Part shown: one piece after another, positions 55,072-57,923 of the stretch
Layout: each line of letters starts with the position of its first letter
How positions within the stretch are numbered: position 1 is the stretch's first letter
Source of the DNA: a bacterium
GTDB taxonomy: Bacteria; Patescibacteriota; Minisyncoccia; UBA6257; GWB1-50-10
NCBI GenBank assembly: GCA_021824045.1
Contig: JAKALR010000002.1
Span: forward strand, 1-57,923
Length of the DNA: 57,923 nt
Direction of reading: 5' to 3'
Translations under genes and position numbers: made by a program
Notes under the pieces: model-generated
What the model was told of the DNA's origin: nothing
Database searches by the model: none
Seen by the model: the letters and a program-made list of their open reading frames with translations, nothing else

Positions 55072-55694
55072 GCTATTTCTTCTGTTATTTTATCAATAAT
55101 CGCAGAAAATTTCTTAAGAAGCAAGCCACTCTTACGGACGCGGATTCGGCACATCCCGTACTTTAATTTCCCATTTTTGGATCCCTTGAGGACATTTACG
55201 CTCGTTTTTCTCGTTGTCAGATTAACGCCGGTTACTTGCGACCAATAGGTGAGGCAAACCTTTTTGTCCAAGTCCTCGTAGATGCGGAGTGATATTTTTA
55301 GATCGTCGTTTGCAACTTGAAAAATATCTTTCAAAATAGTGATGAAAACTCGAACCATTCGAGAATCGGTGTTTGAAAACGTAAAATCCCGTTTGGCACC
55401 CTCAGCCCAGTAGAGAGAAACTCCAATAAGTGACAGTTCTTTTCTTGTGAGTTTATTCACCAAGGCATCGGCGGTTTCTCTGGCTTTCTCCCAGTTTCTT
55501 TCGGACATAATTTTACTGGTATTACGGCGTTCTAGCCATCTTTTTAGATGTTGTTTCTTTATAATAATGCCCCTAATGTATCGGGATGCTGTTGCGGGAG
55601 AAATCCTACATTCCTTACTAATCTCTGAAATACTATGGCCCGTTACCCGCAATCTCTTTATTTTGGATACCATCTCTCTGTCTATAGGTTTCAT
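55062..55694 (-). CDS. HTH plus LAGLIDADG-like domain protein (paralog A)
   Basis: N-terminal HTH (GHSISEISKECRISPATASRYI) and LYWAEGAK (LAGLIDADG-like). The 3' end overlaps the tRNA-Arg 5' end by 10 nt. Confidence 0.6.
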   Translation of the reverse strand: MKPIDREMVSKIKRLRVTGHSISEISKECRISPATASRYIRGIIIKKQHLKRWLERRNTSKIMSERNWEKARETADALVNKLTRKELSLIGVSLYWAEGAKRDFTFSNTDSRMVRVFITILKDIFQVANDDLKISLRIYEDLDKKVCLTYWSQVTGVNLTTRKTSVNVLKGSKNGKLKYGMCRIRVRKSGLLLKKFSAIIDKITEEIAPS

Positions 55695-55776
55695 ACACTT
55701 TCATTATAATGGAATAGACAATATCGTCCAAATACTGCTTTGGATGTATCAATGAATTTTATGATACCATGATTCC

Positions 55777-56094
55777 ATGGCCATTAGGCGGGAAATGCCC
55801 GAGCGGGAAGGATTAAAGATCTCCCGGGAAACCGAAGAAAAAGTGAAGCGAACTATCGCCCGGCTGCGGGATGAAGGATTTGAATTCGACTTCGACGAAA
55901 CGCCGGACACCTACATCATCACAACGAAGGACGAGAACGGAAGGGAAAAGAGCACCCACCTCATGAAGTTGGGCAGCGTCTTGCCGTCCGGAAGTTCTTC
56001 ATATGATATCGAAGGATTCATCGAAGCCCGCTTGCGCTATCCCGATGATGACATTAATATAGCTGTTAGGAAATTGAAGGAAGAAAAGGAATAG
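55777..56094 (+). CDS. Hypothetical acidic protein
   Basis: 105 aa ORF with no recognised motif. Confidence 0.4.
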   Translation: MAIRREMPEREGLKISRETEEKVKRTIARLRDEGFEFDFDETPDTYIITTKDENGREKSTHLMKLGSVLPSGSSSYDIEGFIEARLRYPDDDINIAVRKLKEEKE

Positions 56095-56099
56095 TATAT

Positions 56100-56171
56100 G
56101 CGCCCATAGCTCAGTGGTAGAGCGTTTGCACGACACGCAAAAGGCCCAAGGTTCAATCCCTTGTGGGCGCA
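56100..56171 (+). tRNA. tRNA-Val (anticodon GAC) with apparent C33
   Basis: Acceptor GCGCCCA/TGGGCGC+A, D arm GCTC..GAGC, anticodon stem TTTGC/GCAAA, loop ACGACAC, T arm CAAGG-TTCAATC-CCTTG. Confidence 0.7.
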
Positions 56172-56217
56172 CACCAAGGTGTTTCACATTGATACCCTCT
56201 ATGGTACAATATAATCA

Positions 56218-56901
56218 ATGGAGAGGAAGGTGCTGCGACAAAAAGCAGTGCAATTACGAAAAGAGGGGAAGACATATACCGAGATCCGGAAAATCACCGG
56301 CGCTTTTAATTTGTCTAAAAGCACACTTTCATATTGGTGTGGTGGAATTCCTTTAACTGAGGAGCTCAAAAGAAAAATTGATTCACTGCGAGCCGAGGGT
56401 TCGAGGCGAGGTAGAACGAAAGCAATTGTGACTAATAGGGTTAGGCGGGAGGTTTATTTAAAATCAATCGAGAATAGAATTAGTCATCTTGCTAAGTCTT
56501 TATCTGGGGTGGATACTAAGAAACTTCTCTTGGCCATGCTTTACCTTGGCGAGGGAGCGAAGTGGCGATCTCATCGCAGCTTGCAACTTGGAAATGCAAA
56601 TCCAGAAGTTATTAAACTCTACCTCAATCTTCTAGAAAACTGCTACGGGGTAGATAGGAAAAAATTGAGCGCTATGATTTTTCATAGAGCAGATCAAGAT
56701 TTAACCAAGCTCATTGAGTTTTGGTCCGATACGTCGGGCATACCGATAAAGAATTTTTATTGGAACAAACCGGATTCACGAACGATTGGAAAACCGACGA
56801 CAGCTAACTATTATGGCGTATGCGCCATTTTCGGTCCCAATACGGATATCCAACTGGAATTAGAAGCAATTGCTAAAATGTTCTTTAATGTTTTAAACTA
56901 A
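56218..56901 (+). CDS. HTH plus LAGLIDADG-like domain protein (paralog B)
   Basis: N-terminal HTH (GKTYTEIRKITGAFNLSKSTLSYW) and LYLGEGAKW. Same architecture as 55062-55694. It is sandwiched between two tRNA genes. Confidence 0.6.
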   Translation: MERKVLRQKAVQLRKEGKTYTEIRKITGAFNLSKSTLSYWCGGIPLTEELKRKIDSLRAEGSRRGRTKAIVTNRVRREVYLKSIENRISHLAKSLSGVDTKKLLLAMLYLGEGAKWRSHRSLQLGNANPEVIKLYLNLLENCYGVDRKKLSAMIFHRADQDLTKLIEFWSDTSGIPIKNFYWNKPDSRTIGKPTTANYYGVCAIFGPNTDIQLELEAIAKMFFNVLN

Positions 56902-56908
56902 TCCACAT

Positions 56909-56980
56909 GGGCCTATAGTAAAATGGCTATTACGGGTGCATGGCATGCACCAGGTCGGGGTTCGATTCCCCGTAGGTCCA
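56909..56980 (+). tRNA. tRNA-Ala (anticodon GGC)
   Basis: Acceptor GGGCCTA/TAGGTCC+A with a G3:U70 pair, anticodon stem GGTGC/GCACC, loop ATGGCAT, T arm CGGGG-TTCGATT-CCCCG. Confidence 0.85.
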
Positions 56981-56990
56981 CAAAAACAAA

Positions 56991-57018
56991 ACACCCCGTC
57001 CTTCGACGGAGTGTTTTG
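56991..57018 (+). terminator. Rho-independent terminator after tRNA-Ala
   Basis: Stem CACCCCGTC/GACGGAGTG with one mismatch, followed by TTTT. Confidence 0.55.
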
Positions 57019-57031
57019 GTATAATCAATCT

Positions 57032-57406
57032 ATGGAAGAAAACAAACATATCGTCGCGGCGTCGGGATGGTCGTGGGGAGCGTTCCTCTTCAGTGTGCCC
57101 TTTTTGGTCGGCATTAAAAAATACAAGATGCTTTGGTGGTATCTCCTCGCGCTTGTTCCGTTCGTGAATGTCGCGTTCTGGATCATCTTCGTGGTGTATC
57201 TCGGGGTGAAGGGTCACGATCTTGCGGCAAAGAGCCCGCAGTTCAGTCATCAAGCCGAATATGATGGATTCTTTAAGGTATTCGATCACGCGGGGAAGAT
57301 CCTTGTCGTGGTTGTGGTAATCATTCTCCTTGTCTTCGCCATTTTGAGCATTGCGGGCATCGCCGGGACTTTCTTTGGTCGCTTCGGCTATCACCGCCCG
57401 TTCTAA
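57032..57406 (+). CDS. DUF2628-like small membrane protein
   Basis: Start is set at MEENKHIV. GWSWGAFLFSVPFLVGIKKYKMLWWYLL resembles DUF2628. The upstream part of the track ORF overlaps tRNA-Ala. Confidence 0.5.
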   Translation: MEENKHIVAASGWSWGAFLFSVPFLVGIKKYKMLWWYLLALVPFVNVAFWIIFVVYLGVKGHDLAAKSPQFSHQAEYDGFFKVFDHAGKILVVVVVIILLVFAILSIAGIAGTFFGRFGYHRPF

Positions 57407-57454
57407 GAACTTTTCTTGATATCGTTCTCTGGCTGATTTATCATACCCAGCACT

Positions 57455-57530
57455 GGGAGGCGTGCGCGAGCGGGTTCGATAACGCCGAACGGGTTCTAAA
57501 AAAGAACCCCGGGCAACCCGAGCGCACACA
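57455..57530 (+). other. Hairpin/terminator-like structure whose 5' arm duplicates the first 16 nt of tRNA-Ser(TGA)
   Basis: GGGAGGCGTGCGCGAG at 57455-57470 equals 57576-57591. The outer stem GTGCGC/GCGCAC is followed by ACAGTTTTTT. There is no T arm. Confidence 0.5.
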
Positions 57531-57576
57531 GTTTTTTGATCGAGGCTCTGCCGAGGAAACTGAAGGTTTACAATAG

Positions 57577-57666
57577 GGAGGCGTGCGCGAGTGGTTGAAA
57601 CGGACGGTCCTGAAAACCGTTATGCCCGCAAGGGCATCGAAGGTTCGAATCCTTCCGCCTCCGCCA
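57577..57666 (+). tRNA. tRNA-Ser (anticodon TGA), class II, CCA encoded, apparent C33
   Basis: Acceptor GGAGGCG/CGCCTCC+G+CCA, anticodon stem ACGGT/ACCGT, loop CCTGAAA, variable arm ATGCCCGCAAGGGCATC, T arm GAAGG-TTCGAAT-CCTTC. Confidence 0.75.
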
Positions 57667-57923
57667 AAATTGGAAGTCCGAATCGGAAGCCGAAATTGGG
57701 TCGGCGCGAAGCGCCGACACAGAGGCATTCCCGCCAAAAATTCCCGAATCCAAAAGGTTTTTCCACGCTCCGCGTGGCTCAAAAAGTACGGTTCGATCCT
57801 TAATTTGAAAGTTCGAACCGACTTTTTTGAACAAATGAAGATTTTCTTCATTTGTTCGGTCGTTTGCCAATTCCATATTGTATTTCAAAAACTTTTCGGT
57901 AAGTTCGAACCGATTATTCGCTT

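Noticed and set aside
57568-57888. ORFs 57568-57888 (-), 57441-57851 (-) and 56930-57529 (-) at the window end.
   Set aside because: They run antisense through tRNA-Ser(TGA), the tRNA-fragment hairpin or the DUF2628-like gene. The 57.67-57.92 kb region is better explained by hairpins (GTCGGCGC-GAA-GCGCCGAC; CGGTTCGA...TCGAACCG plus a T-run; a 12 bp stem GAACAAATGAAG/CTTCATTTGTTC).
1-57923. An alternative genetic code (UGA recoded, as in some candidate phyla).
   Set aside because: Well-conserved genes end at TGA where homologs end, for example the M16 peptidase at 42688-42690. No conserved ORF needs read-through of TGA.

Overview
This 57.9 kb window is a gene-dense, mostly housekeeping chromosomal segment. 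It uses the standard genetic code: TGA is a stop, for example at 2505-2507 and 42688-42690. The gene content and style look like a small-genome Patescibacteria/CPR-type bacterium, but that is an inference only. Supporting signs are compact aminoacyl-tRNA synthetases, an array of VirB2/TrbC-like small pilins, LAGLIDADG ORFs next to tRNAs, and a membrane pyrophosphatase.

Recognisable genes are gyrA, S1, ftsH, glyA, folD, recA, a rodZ-like gene, ftsK, yraN, truB, nusA, hppA, murD, hsp20, prsW, valS, tsaD, recO, glyQS, an M16 peptidase, an AI-2E transporter, metG, tatD, leuS and htrA. There are also nine tRNA genes. I found no rRNA gene, CRISPR array, transposase or integrase.

The most unusual features are these:
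1. A family of about 100-120 bp inverted-repeat elements is present in eight copies. Seven copies end exactly at the start codon of the downstream gene, always in the same orientation. They are often flanked by a duplicated ATGRAT and carry a mini-ORF whose stop codon lies in the terminal repeat, 4 nt before the real ATG.
2. A second MITE-like family includes one copy that split a GTGA stop/start overlap and left a 5 bp target duplication.
3. Five tandem T4SS-pilin-like paralogs are present, two of them with Cys-rich tails.
4. LeuRS carries an inserted Nudix domain.
5. One ORF fuses an L,D-transpeptidase domain to a DD-carboxypeptidase domain.
6. HTH-LAGLIDADG paralogs are interleaved with tRNA genes. 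Three of those tRNAs appear to have C33 by hand folding.

All structures and tRNA folds were done by eye and need software confirmation.
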